64,000 nt of DNA, taken from assembly GCA_036785375.1 (NCBI GenBank), contig JAWMAR010000028.1, forward strand, positions 10,106,001 to 10,170,000, given 5' to 3'. The DNA comes from Leucoraja ocellata. Lineage: Eukaryota. Shown here piece by piece: positions 1 through 12,961 of this stretch. Position 1 is the stretch's first letter. Each line of letters starts with the position of its first letter. Made by a program: the position numbers and the translations under genes. The notes below the pieces were generated by a model. It searched no databases. It was not told the DNA's origin and worked only from the letters and a program-made list of their open reading frames with translations.

Positions 1-600
1 TTTTAGTTCAGTATTCATTCTTCTCGAATTGGCCCCCATGTTGCCTGACGTTAGACTCTTATCCCCTACTAAACTCCCAGTTCTATTTCTTATTCCTGAG
101 ACTTCAGTAACCTCTCCTGTGCTCTCCTTCCATTTAACTTTAACCCAAACGTTTCCAATCTGAAATCTGCTGAAACATTCCACCATTTAGTTTAATCCAC
201 AGCACCAGTTATGTGATTCACCAGAACCCTGGTCCCAATAGTGTTCAGGTGGAGTCTGTCCCATCGGAACAGCTCCCTCCTTCCTCAATACTGATGCCAA
301 TGTTCCATGACTACTTCCACACTAAACTTTGAGCCAGCCATTCATCTCTTTAATCTTATCCAATGCCTATGCCAATTTGCACATGGCTCAGGTAGCAATC
401 CATAGCTTAATTCCATTTTGGTTCTGATTTGTAATTTAATCCCTATCTGCTCAAATTCTCCCAGCAGAATCTCTTTCCTTGTTCCACTTCCATCATTGGT
501 AGCCACAAGGACTCCGACAACTGGATCTTCCCCCTCCCACTGCACATTAATCTGCAGGTCAGAGGAAATGGCCTGAACATTTGAACAAATGTCCTGAACA
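1..600 (-). mobile_element. Degenerate CR1-type LINE, ORF1 (SGNH/GDSL esterase-like) region
   Basis: Minus-strand ORF 342..674 contains WEGEDPVVGVLVATND...GLLPEPCANWHR, resembling the esterase domain of fish/chondrichthyan CR1 ORF1p. Confidence 0.6.
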
Positions 601-619
601 TCTGTTCTGAAATGTCCTG

Positions 620-975
620 AACAGATGCAGGAAGATTGTTCCCAATGTTGGGGAAGTCCAGGACAAGGGATCACAGTTTAAGGATAAAGGGGAAATCTTT
701 TAGGACCGAGATGAGAAACATTTTTTTCACACAGAGAGTGGTGAGTCTCTGGAACTCTCTGCCACAGAAGGTAGTTGAGGCCAGTTCATTGGCTATATTT
801 AAGAGGGAGTTAGATGTGGCCCTTGTGGCTAAAGGGATCAGGAGGTATGGAGAGAAGACGGGTACAGGATACTGAGTTGGATGATCAGCCATGATCATAT
901 TGAATGGTGGTGCAGGCTCGAAGGGCTGAATGGCCCACTCCTGCACCTATTTTCTATGTTTCTATGTTTCTATGA
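620..975 (+). mobile_element. CR1-type LINE 3' end (5'-truncated)
   Basis: ORF 636..875 (FFTQRVVSLWNSLPQKVVEASSLAIFKRELD) is the CR1 ORF2 C-terminus; ends in a (TTCTATGT)n tail. Confidence 0.85.
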
Positions 976-1699
976 ACTTGGGCACCAGGCAGGCAACAGC
1001 CTTTTGGGCTCTTGATCCTTGCGAGAATGAAACTAAATGTCATGGCCATCTCCTATATCTATTCCTGTATCTCCCGCTGGCAATTGGGAGGCCTGCAGTA
1101 GAATCCAATCAGGGTGATTGCACTTTTCTGATTTTTGAGCTCTAGTCATATTGCTTTGGTATCCGCCATTAATGCAACGCCACCACCTCCTTCTCCATCA
1201 CATCTTTTTTTATTTTTTTTATTTATTAGAAGTAAGTACAATACAGTGGTACAAAAATTATGCTAATATAATACATTCTCTGTACAACTTCCTTTTTTTT
1301 TAGAAAGAGAAAAGTAAGAAGAGAAAAAGGAGAAATAGGTTGTGGAAAGTGAAGGAATGAAAAACATTTAAAGAAAATAGTGAAAAAAAAGAATAATTGA
1401 AGAAGGAGAGCAGGAGGGAGTTTATTCAATCACCACAAGGAGATGAGTTTTTTATATTCTTTCACATCTGAAATATTAAAACGTGGGAACATTAAACAGC
1501 TAGACCCATCCCTCTCACAACTAAGACTCTGTAATGGTCACCACATCATTGTTCCATGCACTGATGCAGGCTCTATATTCATCTTCTTTACCTACAATAC
1601 TCCTTGCATTTAAATAAACACACTTCAGCGCACCATACTCACCATGTTTATTCATCTGTTCCAGCCTCTCATTCCTTTCAGACTTACTAAACATCTTCT

Positions 1700-1915
1700 T
1701 GTGACCATGTGTGTTTCCTCAGGGTGCTCCTGATTCTTGCCACATTCCAAAGCTGCGTGCATTGGTAGCTAACTGGCCACTGTAACCTGTCCATGGTATG
1801 TAGATGAACAGCAGAATCTGCAGTGAGCTGTTGGGAATGTGGTTTGAATGAAAAAAAGTATTAATATAGGATTAGTATAAATGGGTACTTGATAGTAAGT
1901 GTGTACTCAAAGATC
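1700..1915 (+). mobile_element. Old HE1/V-SINE-like fragment
   Basis: Diverged match to the V-SINE body (gtgtttcctcagggtgctcc...ccacattccaaag) seen in younger copies elsewhere in the window. Confidence 0.45.
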
Positions 1916-2214
1916 CTGCTTCCATGTTCCAGATGGAAGTGTCTCAACTTTCCACATTCTTCCACAGATGCTCCATGACCGGCCAAATTCAGCCAGCAGT
2001 TTAATATTTGACCCAGCCTCTCAGGTCTCCTGCTTCCATGCTGTATGACTCAATTAATGTATTTGTAAAGTTGTCCGCATCTTAAGAATTAATTTTTAAA
2101 AAGCCATTTAACTGAGGAAGAACTTGCACCGCAACATGGGCAAATAAGGAAGAATGGTTGGTTTTCCTGAATTGGCATATTTGGCATCACATTATCCTTT
2201 TTGAAGGAAGCATA

Positions 2215-2835
2215 ATTAAATTGAGTATAGAAGCTGGGATGTAATGTTAAAATTGTACAAGGCATTGGTGAGACCAAATCTGGAGTATGGTGTACAATTT
2301 TGGTCGCCCAATTATAGGAAGGATGTCAACAAAATAGAGAGAGTACAGAGGAGATTTACTAGAATGTTGCCTGGGTTTCAACAACTAAGTTACAGAGATA
2401 GGTTGAATAAGTTAGGTCTTTATTCTCTGGAGCGCAGAAGGTTAAGGGGGGACTTGATAGAGGTCTTTAAAATGATGAGAGGGATAGACAGAGTTGATGT
2501 GGACAAGCTTTTCCCTTTGAGATTAGGGAAGATTCAAACAAGAGGACTTGACTTCAGAATGAAGGGACAGAAGTTTAGGGGTAACATGAGGGGGAACTTC
2601 TTTACTCAGAGAGTGGTAGCGGTGTGGAATGAGCTTCCAGTGGAAGTGGTGGAGGCAGGTTCGTTGGTATCATTTAAAAATAAATTGGATAGGCATATGG
2701 ATGAAAAGGGAATGGAGGGTTATGGTATGAGTGCAGGCAGGTGGGACTAAGGGAAAAAAAGTTGTTCGGCACGGACTTGTAGGGCCGAGATGGCCTGTTT
2801 CCGTGCTGTAATTGTTATATGGTTATATGGTTATA
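2215..2835 (+). mobile_element. CR1-type LINE 3' portion
   Basis: ORF 2244..2750 LYKALVRPNLEYGVQFWSP...[13 protein letters not shown]...FFTQRVVAVWNELP; (GGTTATAT)n tail. Confidence 0.9.
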
Positions 2836-3310
2836 AATAAACATATTTTTTTACGAGGTGTATGTCTGGACACAGGAAAACAGTGAAAGTCACAGTAATC
2901 TACGCAGAAAACGATTCTACTTAAACAAAGGAATAAAAGAAATGCCGGAAGTTCTCCAGTTGTACAATTTTATTTATCGTTACCATCACACTGATGCAAA
3001 ATGGAACAGTTTTCTATAATTTCACAGAAAATATGGAAATGATATTGAGCTAAATTTAAGGCAACTAGAACCTCAGTAAATTGAAATTAACAGAAATGTC
3101 ATTTTATTAGAACTGAAAAATGCCTTTACTTGGAAATTCGACATTCTTGGCCCTATTTGTGCTTCACTTTGTGAATGAGAGGATGTGTGGTATTTGCTGA
3201 ATGGAATTACCTCATAGATTTTCAGAGAAATAAAGTTATCGAACTTGTTTCCCTTGGTTTATAAAACACAGGAAGTGTCAGGGAAAGGATATTTGGCAGA
3301 GCAATTGATC

Positions 3311-3510
3311 NNNNNNNNNNNNNNNNNNNNNNNNNNNNNNNNNNNNNNNNNNNNNNNNNNNNNNNNNNNNNNNNNNNNNNNNNNNNNNNNNNNNNNNNNN
3401 NNNNNNNNNNNNNNNNNNNNNNNNNNNNNNNNNNNNNNNNNNNNNNNNNNNNNNNNNNNNNNNNNNNNNNNNNNNNNNNNNNNNNNNNNNNNNNNNNNNN
3501 NNNNNNNNNN
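3311..3510. other. Assembly gap (200 N)
   Basis: Run of N; ORFs spanning it are artefacts. Confidence 1.
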
Positions 3511-3958
3511 TAAATATAATACAAGTGGATCAAGGGAATTTTCAGTCAATTTTGTGGCTCAGTAAAAATGTTTGGATTATCGCTGTATCTGACATTATCC
3601 AGGAAGCACAACAGACTAAAAACGTGGAAAGCAAGGTCAATCCAGGATAGGAATGGTGGTGATATGTAGAAAGCCAAATATGAAGGACATGTTCTCATCT
3701 GTAACATATGAAAGATCTTCATACCTGTCCTGTGCGGAATAGGTTAATGGGTTATTTATATTTACCTCAAGTTTCACCCCAGCAGCCTCACATCATCCTC
3801 TGACATTTCCATCACCTCCAATGTGATCCCACCACAACTCACTCACATGTTCCCATCTCCACCCCTTTCTGCCTTCTGCACAACTCCTTGGTTCACTCAT
3901 CCCTTCCCAGCCAAATCCTCCCCCTCCACAGGTACTTTCCCCAGCAACGGCAGGAGAT

Positions 3959-4638
3959 CTCTGGAACTCTCTGCCACAGAAGGTAGTTGAGGCCAGTTCA
4001 TTGGCTATATTTAAGAGGGAGTTAGATGTGGCCCTTGTGGCTACAAGACAAGGCTCTGCAGAGAGTAGTGCGTTCGGCCGAACGCACTATGGGAACTTCA
4101 CTCACCCCCCTGCAGGAACTATACAACAGGAGGTGCAACTCCAGAGCAAATAAAATCATGAGAGACCCCTTCCACCCCTGCAACGGACTGTTCCAGCTGC
4201 TACGGTCAGGCAAACGCCTCCGTTGCCATGCGGTGAGAACGGAGAGGTTGAGAAGGAGTTTCTTCCCAGAGGCAATTCGGACTGTAAACGCCTATCTCAC
4301 CAGGGACTAACTCTACAGAACGTTTTTCCTTCCATTATTTATTATGTAAAAGAATATGTGTGTTAAGATTGTGTTTATAATTTGTTTGGTTGTTTTGTTG
4401 TTTGTCTTTTGCACAAAAGTCCGCGAGCATTGCCACTTTCATTTCACTGCACATCTTGTATGTGTATGTGACAAATAAACTTGACTTGACTTGACTTGAC
4501 TAAAGGGATCAGGGGGTATGGAGAGAAGGCAGGTACAGGATACTGAGTTGGATGATCAGCCATGATCATATTGAATGGTGGTGCAGGCTCGAAGGGCCGA
4601 ATGGCCTACTCCTGCATCTATTTTCTATGTTTCTATGT
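3959..4638 (+). mobile_element. CR1 3' fragment split by a Rex1/Babar insertion
   Basis: ...gcccttgtggcta (4043) resumes as taaagggatcagggg (4501), matching the uninterrupted copy at ~820-840; TTCTATGT tail at ~4622-4638. Confidence 0.8.
4044..4500 (+). mobile_element. Rex1/Babar-type LINE 3' end
   Basis: KALQRVVRSAERTMG...RDPFHPCNGLFQLLRSGKR...RSFFPEAIR; AATAAA followed by a (CTTGA)n tail. Confidence 0.8.
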
Positions 4639-5114
4639 ACCACCTGTCCTTATGCATCCTCCCTCGACTCCATTTAGATACCTCGCCAGTCCTTCCAGGT
4701 GAGGCAGAGTTGCACATGCACCTCCTCTAATCTCATCTACTGCATCAGATGTACCCAATATGGGCTCCTGTACACTGGCGAGACAAAGCATAGACTCAGC
4801 GGCTGTTTGTTGATTACCAGGTCAGCTAATGTACCAAATATGTGAATTAGCACCAGGATCATTCACTCCTTAAACCTGTTCTGGCATTCAATAATATCAT
4901 AGCCAACCTAATCACAACCTCAACTTTGCATTCCCATTCACCAGTAACTTTTCATCCCCATACTTATTATATATCTTCTGCCTTCAAATATTTAAAGACT
5001 CTACTTTACTGTCCTGTGAGGAAGTGCGGTCTGAGAAGCACAAACCTCTCACAGAAAGTATTTCACTTCATCTCTTCATGTTTAAATTCAAATCCCTTAT
5101 TTTTTTAAAATCAA

Positions 5115-5680
5115 TGACAAGTCTCACTCACTCCCTCATCTCTCCACTCCCACCAGGCAAGAGGAACATAAGTGTGAAAACGCACACCTCCAGATTTAGG
5201 GACAGTTTCTTCCCAGCAGTTTTCAGGCAACAGAACCATCCTATCACCAACTAGAGAGCGGTCCTGGCCTACCTACCACCTGACTCATTGGAGACCCTCG
5301 GACTATCTGTAATCAGACTACTGGACTATCTTGCACTAAACGTTATTCCCATTGCTCCACATCTGTACACTGTGGATGGCTTGATTGTCATCATGTATAG
5401 GAAGGAACTGCAGATGCTGGTTTAAACCGAAGATACACACAAAATGCTGCAGAAATTCAGCATCTCTGGAGAGAAGGACCAGTCTGAAGAAGTGTTTCGA
5501 CCCGAAACGTCACTCAATTCTTCTCTCCAGAGATGTTGCCCGTCCCTCTGAGTTACTCCAGCATTTTGTGTTTCTCTTGTAATCATGTATAGTCTTTCCG
5601 CTGACTGGATAGTACATGACAAAAAAGCTTATTGCTGTATCTTGGTCCAGGCGACAATTAATTATGGTAAACTAGATCTA
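5115..5680 (+). mobile_element. Rex1/Babar 3' tail interrupted by a Penelope-derived hairpin insertion (5401-5576)
   Basis: KTHTSRFRDSFFPAV motif. The insert is flanked by a 16-bp duplication ttgt(c/a)atcatgtatag (5385-5400, 5577-5592). Confidence 0.7.
5484..5512 (+). ncRNA. Minimal type I hammerhead ribozyme-like motif (Penelope-associated)
   Basis: agt-CTGAAGA-agtgtttcgaccc-GAAAC-GTC-act; core intact, stem II has mismatches. Confidence 0.45.
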
Positions 5681-5747
5681 GATTCTCACACAAGAGGAAA
5701 CATCCTCCACCCTGGACCCTGTCACAATCTCTATTTCAAATAGCTGC

Positions 5748-6810
5748 TCAGAATCAGAATAGTCAGAATCAGAATAGTATTTTATTTGCCAAGTATGTTT
5801 TGCAACACACGAGGAATTTCATTTGCCAAGTTGGTCCTACAAATAAAAAGCAACAGAACACCCAAAACCCATTTTAACATGAACATCCACCACAGTGACT
5901 CCGACACATTCCTCACTGTGATGGAAGTCGAAATAAAGTTCAAGTCTCTTCCCTTTGTTCTTCTTTGTTGCTCCTCTTGACATACAATACAATACAAATG
6001 TATTTGTCATTTGAACCTCGTTGAGGTCCAAATGAAATGTTGTTTCTGCAGTCATACATACAAAAATAAAAAGACCCAAGACACAACACAATTTACACAG
6101 ATCCATCACAGCGCATCTCCTCCTCGTTGTGATGGAAGGCAAAAACGTATCTCTCCCCTGCACTCCCCTCTTCCCCCCGATTGTCAGAGTCAAGCCCCCG
6201 GCGGGCGATGGTAATTGTCCCGCGGCCATTAAAGCCGCGCCGGGTGATGCAAGACCGGGTCTTGTTGTTGGAGCCCCCGGCGTGCGCTAGCAAAGTCCCG
6301 CGGCCATTCCAAGCCGCGCGGGGCGATAATGTAAGGCCCCGCTCAAGGTAATCTTCAACCCCGCAACTCGGGCGGGAGAAGTCGTTGTTGCAGAAGCCCC
6401 GAAAAGCGGTCTCCCAGCAGGGACCCGCGGGCTCCCGGTGTTCCTGTCTGTCAGACCTGCGGTTGGAGCCTCCGAATCTCCGGGGGTCGGGTCACAGCAG
6501 CGCTCCACCACCGCTCCTCCCGCTCCGGACTCGGCCAGCTCCGCGACGGTGAGTAGGTCCGCAGCTCCGCGACTGGAGCCCCAGGTCATTCCTGCTGGAG
6601 GCCGCTCCACGTTGCAGCCCAACGACAACGGAGACCCGACAAAGAAAAGGTTGGGTCTCCCGTGCAGGGGAAAGATTTTAAAGTTTCCCCCGCCCCCCAC
6701 ACACATACCCCGTCAAAAAAATAAACAAAAACTACATTAAAACGAGTCAGAAAATAATAAAAAGACAGACGGACTGCAGTGGCCGCTGCGATGTGAGTCG
6801 TACCGCCCAC
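5748..6810 (-). mobile_element. GC-rich non-autonomous retroposon, two stacked 3' ends
   Basis: Two related tails (5748-5980 and 5981-6170) share the atccaccacag...gtgatggaag block and end in short tandem tails; CpG-rich body to ~6810; a related plus-strand copy lies at 54560-55340. Confidence 0.5.
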
Positions 6811-7029
6811 CTTGACATCCAGGTCATCTGGTAATTGTGAAGACAATTGTTATTTCCTGCTTCAGGAAAGTATTGAATAGAGATGGAAGTATTTAAAGAA
6901 TGGAAGTTTTCAAAAAAGTACCACTACAATTGCGGCTGAGATAAATGGTGGTAAGTGAAACATATCACATTAAATTAGTAAACAGGGAATAAGGTCATTA
7001 CAATCCATTAGGAAGCAACATCCCAAAAA

Positions 7030-7686
7030 GCAGCCTCCACAGTCAAAAAGGTTAAAGAAAGCACAACAGAGGATGTACTTCCTGCAGCAGCTGAGAAAGC
7101 ACAATCTGCCACAGGCAATGATGGTCCAATTCTATACGGCATCGTAGAGTCTGTCCTCACTTTCTCCATCATGGTCTGGTTTGGGCTCGACCACCAAGCA
7201 CGACACCCGGAGGCTGCAGCGAATCGTCCGATCAGCAGAGAAGGTTATTGGCTGCAACCTTCCCTCCATTGATGAACTGTACACTGCAAGGGCCAGAAGC
7301 GAGCAGGCAAGATCATCTCTGACCCCTCTCACCCTGGCCACAAACTCTTTGAATCACTTCCCTCTGGAAGGCGACTCCGGATTGTCAAAGCTGCCACAGC
7401 CAGACATAAAAACAGTTTTTATCCACGAGTAGTTGATCTACTCAACAACCAAAAATCTGTAGCCTCCCTTTGATCTGGTATTTTGTTGGTTCACATGCTT
7501 GATCAATGGTGTTTTATCATTAATGTTTTATTATTATTAATGGTTAGTGTTTTCTGTAATTAGTAACTGTTACTGTATGTCATGTTGTTACTTGTGGGCG
7601 GAGCACCAAGGCAAATTCCCTGTATGTGAATACTTGGCCAATAAACTTACTTACTTACTTACTTACTTGCTTACTTACTTACTTAC
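7030..7686 (+). mobile_element. Rex1/Babar-type LINE 3' portion
   Basis: RRLQRIVRSAEKVIGCNLPSIDELY; AATAAA plus (ACTT)n tail at ~7640-7686. Confidence 0.8.
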
Positions 7687-7834
7687 TGTTTCTTAGTATT
7701 TACAAAAACAATTTGATTTCAGGAATATGAAGCATGATTTCACGTCTGTAGTACAGGGTATAGACAAAATTTAGGGCAATGTTCAATGAAGAGGAGAAAT
7801 GTGCCAAGATACACAAGACATTAATAAAGTTGGC

Positions 7835-8155
7835 ATAGAGTCATAGTCAAAGAGTGATACAGTGTGGAAACAGGCCCTTCGGCCCAATTAGCCCACACCA
7901 GCCAACAATGTCCCAGGTACACTAGCCCCACTTGTGTGCGCTTGGACCATATCCCTCCAAACTATGCTATCCTTTTACCGGTCTAACTGTTTCTTAAATG
8001 TTGGGATAGTCCCAGCCTCAAGTACCTACTGTGGCAGCTTGTTCCATACACCCACCACCCTTTGCATGAAAAAGTTACCCCTCGGATTCCTATTAAATCT
8101 TTTCCCCTTCACCTTGAACCTATGTCCTCTGGTTCTCGATTCCCCTACTCTGGGC
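7835..8155 (-). mobile_element. CR1 3' fragment
   Basis: Reverse complement of the CR1 end (ggaaacaggcccttcggcccaa...). Confidence 0.7.
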
Positions 8156-8949
8156 ATGAAGTTGCCATATTAATTTCATGTCAAAGAAAATGGTCCATTA
8201 GTTGGTGTCATTCCCCACACACAAGAAGTTGGTGTAGTTGTAGGAAGTCAATTATTCCAGCCAAAGCACATGAGGAATTAGAGGACAGTGTCCCACGACT
8301 ACCTCTCTTCAGCTGACACATCATAAGGTTAATGGTTACATGGTTCAATAGTTTCTTATTGTCATATGTACCAGGTACAATGAAATATATTTTTTGCATA
8401 CAGATCAGCAAGACTACCCCCATATATCAGAAGTGAGGACTATCACTCATGGCACTACAATATTCAATTGCATCGTTGACTCCTCTGAAAATGAAGCAAT
8501 CCGCACCTGCATGCAACCAGACCTAGAAGGCATCAAGTATGGGCTGATAAATGTAAGGATGTCTGTAGTTTATGCAATATAACCGTAGGCTGGTATGTCA
8601 TCATATAGTGTTGGCTGTGCCCAGATTAGATTTGGACCGCACACAAGTAAGGTAGAAGTTCTGTTTAAGATTGTTTGCTACTTTAGAACGTCATTAAGTA
8701 TATCTTCAGCCTCTGAATACACGATCACGTTTTCTTTTCTTTCTTTATTTTATTTATCTGGGATTTTTAGGAGATGGGATACATCATCAAAGGAATTTAA
8801 AGACTCTACTATTCTACTGGACATAAGATCCCCTGTCATTTACTGTTTTGTTTTAACTGCCCCAAGAAGATGTTGATGAGCTGGAATACCTCCAACATAG
8901 TAATCCCACTGGCCTCTGGCAAATAAAACTCTGAGTTCAAGGTGGTCAT

Positions 8950-9180
8950 TGCAGTCAGTGTGCAAGTGCTCGGCAAAGCGCTCACCTCGTCTACGCTTAG
9001 TCTCTCCAGTGTAAAGAAGGCCACGTTGCAAGCACCAAATGCAATAGACAAGGTTGGAGGGGGTGCATGTGAATCTCCGATGTTTGGTGCCCTGGACGGT
9101 GGTGAGGGAGAAGGTATAGGAACAAGTGCATCATCCTATGGGTGCAGGTGAGAATGGGTGGGGCAGACAAATGGGACATG
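8950..9180 (-). mobile_element. Penelope GIY-YIG fragment
   Basis: ORF 8840..9031 GLLYTGETKRRRGERFAEHL (YIGET motif). Confidence 0.7.
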
Positions 9181-9309
9181 GAGTCAAACCAATAGGAAAG
9201 GTGGCTCAGCCGTGGCTAATCAATGTAAAAGGGTTTATAAGGTTGCCAGAAAAAAATCCTGCGTTTAAGGACAATTACAAAATACACCAAGAGATATAAA
9301 AGGATAAAG

Positions 9310-9735
9310 TATTCAGAATTCAGTATTTTCAGTATTTACTTTAGTCATTTTAACTGAGTACTTACATGCACAGAAGAAACAAAAAATTGTTTCTCAATCA
9401 GTTCCCATCTGTGCAGTTAATAAAAACAGAATAAATACATACAACTTTAAAATTAAAATTAACACATCTAAAAATAGGCCTAAAATTTGAACTAAAAACA
9501 GACATTCAGACCAAACAGTGGCTTGCTTTGACAGGCATCCAGGTGTCAAAGCATGGGCGAGGTTAGTTGTGTTGGTGTATGATGTACGGGGAGGGGACAC
9601 AGTCCGTTAATCAGTTTTATTGCCTGTGGGAAGAAGTTGTGTAGCATCCTGCTGCTTTTGCAGCTGATGCTCCTGTATCTCTTCCCATGTGGCAGAATGG
9701 AGAGATGTGGTGTGATGGGTGATAGAGGTCCTTAA
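9310..9735 (-). mobile_element. Rex1/Babar-type 3' fragment
   Basis: Reverse strand encodes an ...RYRSISCKSSRMLHNFFPQAIKLIN-like end followed by a tail. Confidence 0.5.
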
Positions 9736-9759
9736 TAAGAAAATAGAGTACATGGGTGG

Positions 9760-10740
9760 TCTAACAAGAAATGTAAAAATATATTGTTAAAGCGTCTGTC
9801 GTTATATGAAGAGGAAAATGTTAGCCAAAGTTAACGACTTTACAGATGAGATATGTACATTTAATCTGTCTTCAGTTTTCACCAGCATCTGCAGTTCCTC
9901 CCTACACATGTAAATTATATTGGAAGAATAGGAAATGACTGAAATCTTTTGTAGTTATGTTCACAGAAGAAGATGGAAATTATCCTGGAAATAGTCGGGA
10001 AAAGCAGTGCCAAATAAATAAGGAGTTGGAATAAATAACATTAGCTAAAAGTAGTATTAGGCAGATCAATGGAACAGATAGTCAACAAATTCTGATGACA
10101 TGCATGCCAGGTTTTTGAAATAAGTCGACATGGAGAGAGTGGATGCATCTGGCCAGCTTCCGAAATTCCACAGATACTGGAACCCATTCCCACAGACAAG
10201 ATGGAGAGAGAGAGAACAGAGAAGAGAAAAAAACAGGGAACTGTTAACTAAATGGTCTAATATCAGTCGCTGCAACAATGGTAAAATCTATTACTAAGGG
10301 AGTGGAAACATAATAATATAATAATATCCAGCAGAGTCAATTTGGATTTATAAAAGAGGAACGTTTGATAAATTACTGGGAGTATTTTGTAAATTGTCTT
10401 TTTAGGTTGTCACACAGAGATAGTAACGTAACTGGCTGAATAGATAAGGGCAAAGATATTCACATGGTGTGCTTTGATTCTTACCATAAGGAATGAGCTG
10501 TGTGGTGAATCTGTGGAATTCTTTGCCTGTGGGGGGCTGTGGAGGCCATCAGTGGATATTTTCAAGGCAGGGGTGGGTAGATTCGTGATTAGTACGTGTG
10601 TCAGAGGTTATGGGGAGAAGGCAGGAGAATGGGTTAAGAGGGAGAGATAGATCAGCCATGATTGAATGGCAGAGTGGGTTTGATGGGCCGAATGGCCTAA
10701 TTCTACTCCTATTCCTTGGCCTTGTGACCTTATGATCTTG
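9760..10740 (+). mobile_element. Highly degraded CR1 ORF2 remnant plus a younger CR1 3' end (~10495-10740)
   Basis: Decayed RT-region motifs; gtggtgaatctgtggaattctttgcc...gggccgaatggcctaattct. Confidence 0.55.
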
Positions 10741-11139
10741 TCTCAGTGACTCATCCAAACTAAAGAAAAACAAAGCCATTTGCTGTTCAAAAACGGAGCC
10801 TTTGTGAAACTGTGACTTGCAATTCCTCCAGTTACCATATTTCTTATTCAAGATTGTGATCAGGTTTATTGTTTTCCTCTCATGGATTTACTCAGGCCAT
10901 GCCAACCGCCTGACAATGACAGCAGATATGATTTATATCACAGTTCAAACCTGGGCTGAAAACTGAACTGAACAATGACAGGAAAGTGCATGACCACAGG
11001 GTTATTTCCAAAATTACAACACTAGTCGAAACCAGAGTGGAAAGTGAATCTGCTGCCAATCAATCCTTCCGACCATGCCCCTGCAAACGGCTGCAACTGT
11101 TCTTATGCAGCCTATGAATATGATTAGTCTGGAAATATG

Positions 11140-12710
11140 GTTCGGACAATTAGTTTGGAACTATCACAGCATGGCTTGGGGACAGCTCCATCCAAGACCG
11201 CAAGAAATAGCAGAGAAATGTGGACGCAGCCCAGACCATCACACAAATTGACTCCGTTTATACCTCACGCTGCCTCGGCAAGGACAGCAGCATAATCTTC
11301 TCCCATCTCCCACCGGGGCAAAAGGTATAGAAGTGTGAAAACGCACACCTCCAGATTCAGGGAGAGTTTCTTCCCAGCTGTTATCAGGCAACTGAAACAT
11401 CCTACCACAACCAGAGAGCAGTGCTGAACTACTATCTCCCTCATTGGAGACCCTTGGACTATCTTTGATTGGACTTTACTGGCTCTATCGTGCACTAAAC
11501 TTTATTCACGTTATTCCCTTTATCATGTATCTGTACTCTGTGAATGGCTCAATTGTAATCATTCAATTTGAGTATAGGAGCAGGGAGGTTCTACTGCGGT
11601 TGTACAGGGTCTTGGTGAGACCACACCTGGAGTATTGCGTACAGTTTTGGTCTCCAAATCTGAGGAAGGACATTATTGCCATAGAGGGAGTGCAGAGAAG
11701 GTTCACCAGACTGATTCCTGGGATGTCAGGACTGTCTTATGAAGAAAGACTGGATAGACTTGGTTTATACTCTCTAGAATTTAGGAGATTGAGAGGGGAT
11801 CTTATAGAAACTTACAAAATTCTTAAGGGGTTGGACAGGCTAGATGCAGGAAGATTGCTCCCGATGCAGGAAGATGCTCTCCTCTCCCCCTCTCCTCTCT
11901 CCCCTCTCCTCTCCTCCTCCCCCCCTCCACCCCTCTCCTCTCCCCCCTCTCCTCTCCCCCCTCTCTTTCCCCCCTCTCTCCTCCCCCCTCTCTCCTCCCC
12001 CTCTCTCCTCCCCTCTCTCTCCCCCCTCTCTCCTCCCCCCTCTCTCCTCCCCCTCTCTCTCTCTCTCTCTCTCTCGCTCTCCCCCCTCCCCTCCATTAGT
12101 GTGAGTGTGGGAGGGGGGGGGTAGTAGTGTGTGACGCTGCATGCCGCCTCCCCCCCCCCACAACCACACGTTGGGGGAACAGACCCAACGGGTCTGCACT
12201 TGGTCTAGTAATCTCTAGAATTTAGGAGATTGAGAGGGGATCTTATAGAAACTTACAAAATTCTTAAGAGGTTGGACAGGCTAGATGCAGGAAGATTGTT
12301 CCCGATGTTGGGGAAGTCCAGGACAAGGGGTCACAGCGTGAGGATGTGGGAAATCCTTTAAACCGAGATGAGAAAATCTTTTTACACACAGACAGTGGTG
12401 AATCTCTGGAACTCTCTGCCGCAGAGGGTAGTCGAGGCCAGTTCATTGGCTATATTTAAGAGGGAGTTAGATGTGGCCCTTGTGGCTAAGGGGATCAGAG
12501 GGTATGGAGAGAAGGCAGGTACGGGATACTGAGTTGGATGATCAGCCATGATCATATTGAATGGCGGTGCAGGCTCGAAGGGCCGAATGGCCTACTCCTG
12601 CACCTAATTTCTATGATTCTATGTTTCATTGTCTTTCCGCTGACTGGTTAGCACGCAACAAAACATTTCCATTGTTCCTCGGTACACGTGCCAATTGTCT
12701 AAACTAAACA
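11140..12710 (+). mobile_element. Rex1/Babar 3' fragment (11140-11560 and 12627-12710) interrupted by a CR1 fragment (~11561-12626)
   Basis: Host tail ...attgtaatc | attgtctttccgctgactgg...; CR1 peptide [19 protein letters not shown] in ORF 11444..12124. Confidence 0.75.
11876..12208 (+). mobile_element. Non-autonomous Helitron 3' portion with CT-rich tract
   Basis: Polypyrimidine tract 11876-12093, then hairpin CAGACCC-AAC-GGGTCTG (12180-12196) and CTAG (12205-12208) followed by T. Confidence 0.6.
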
Positions 12711-12961
12711 GTCTTTTGTTAAGTATATTTTCCTGGAGAAATATACCCTTATTTCCTTGAGGGTGATGGATGTAATTTTTGGTATTGAGTTTTATTTGTA
12801 CTATAAAGAGGCGTTGCTTTTCCCTGTAAGTTAACTTATTTTTATGTAAATCCAGTCACTTACCTTATCCTGCTTTTTATGTGGTGGAAGGAACTGCAGA
12901 TGCTGGTTTAAATCAAAGATAGACACAAAATGCTGAAGTAACTCTGGAGAGAAGGTATGGG

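Larger units (their letters stand above)
3775..4810 (+). mobile_element. Penelope-like element fragment (GIY-YIG region), split by nested CR1 and Rex1/Babar pieces
   Basis: 3775-3958 and 4639-4810 read as contiguous PLE sequence (ggtactttcccc...gcaggagat | accacctgtcc...TCTSSNLIYCI-type codons...tacactggcgagacaaagc). Confidence 0.65.

Noticed and set aside
2870-3545. ETS/IRF/kB-like words near the gap as the VCAM1 promoter
   Set aside because: Short imperfect motifs, split by the gap, with no adjacent signal-peptide exon found.
3222-3565. ORFs across the N run
   Set aside because: Gap artefacts.
11812-12199. Glu/Gly/Arg- and Pro/Ser/Leu-rich ORFs
   Set aside because: Translations of a CT low-complexity tract.
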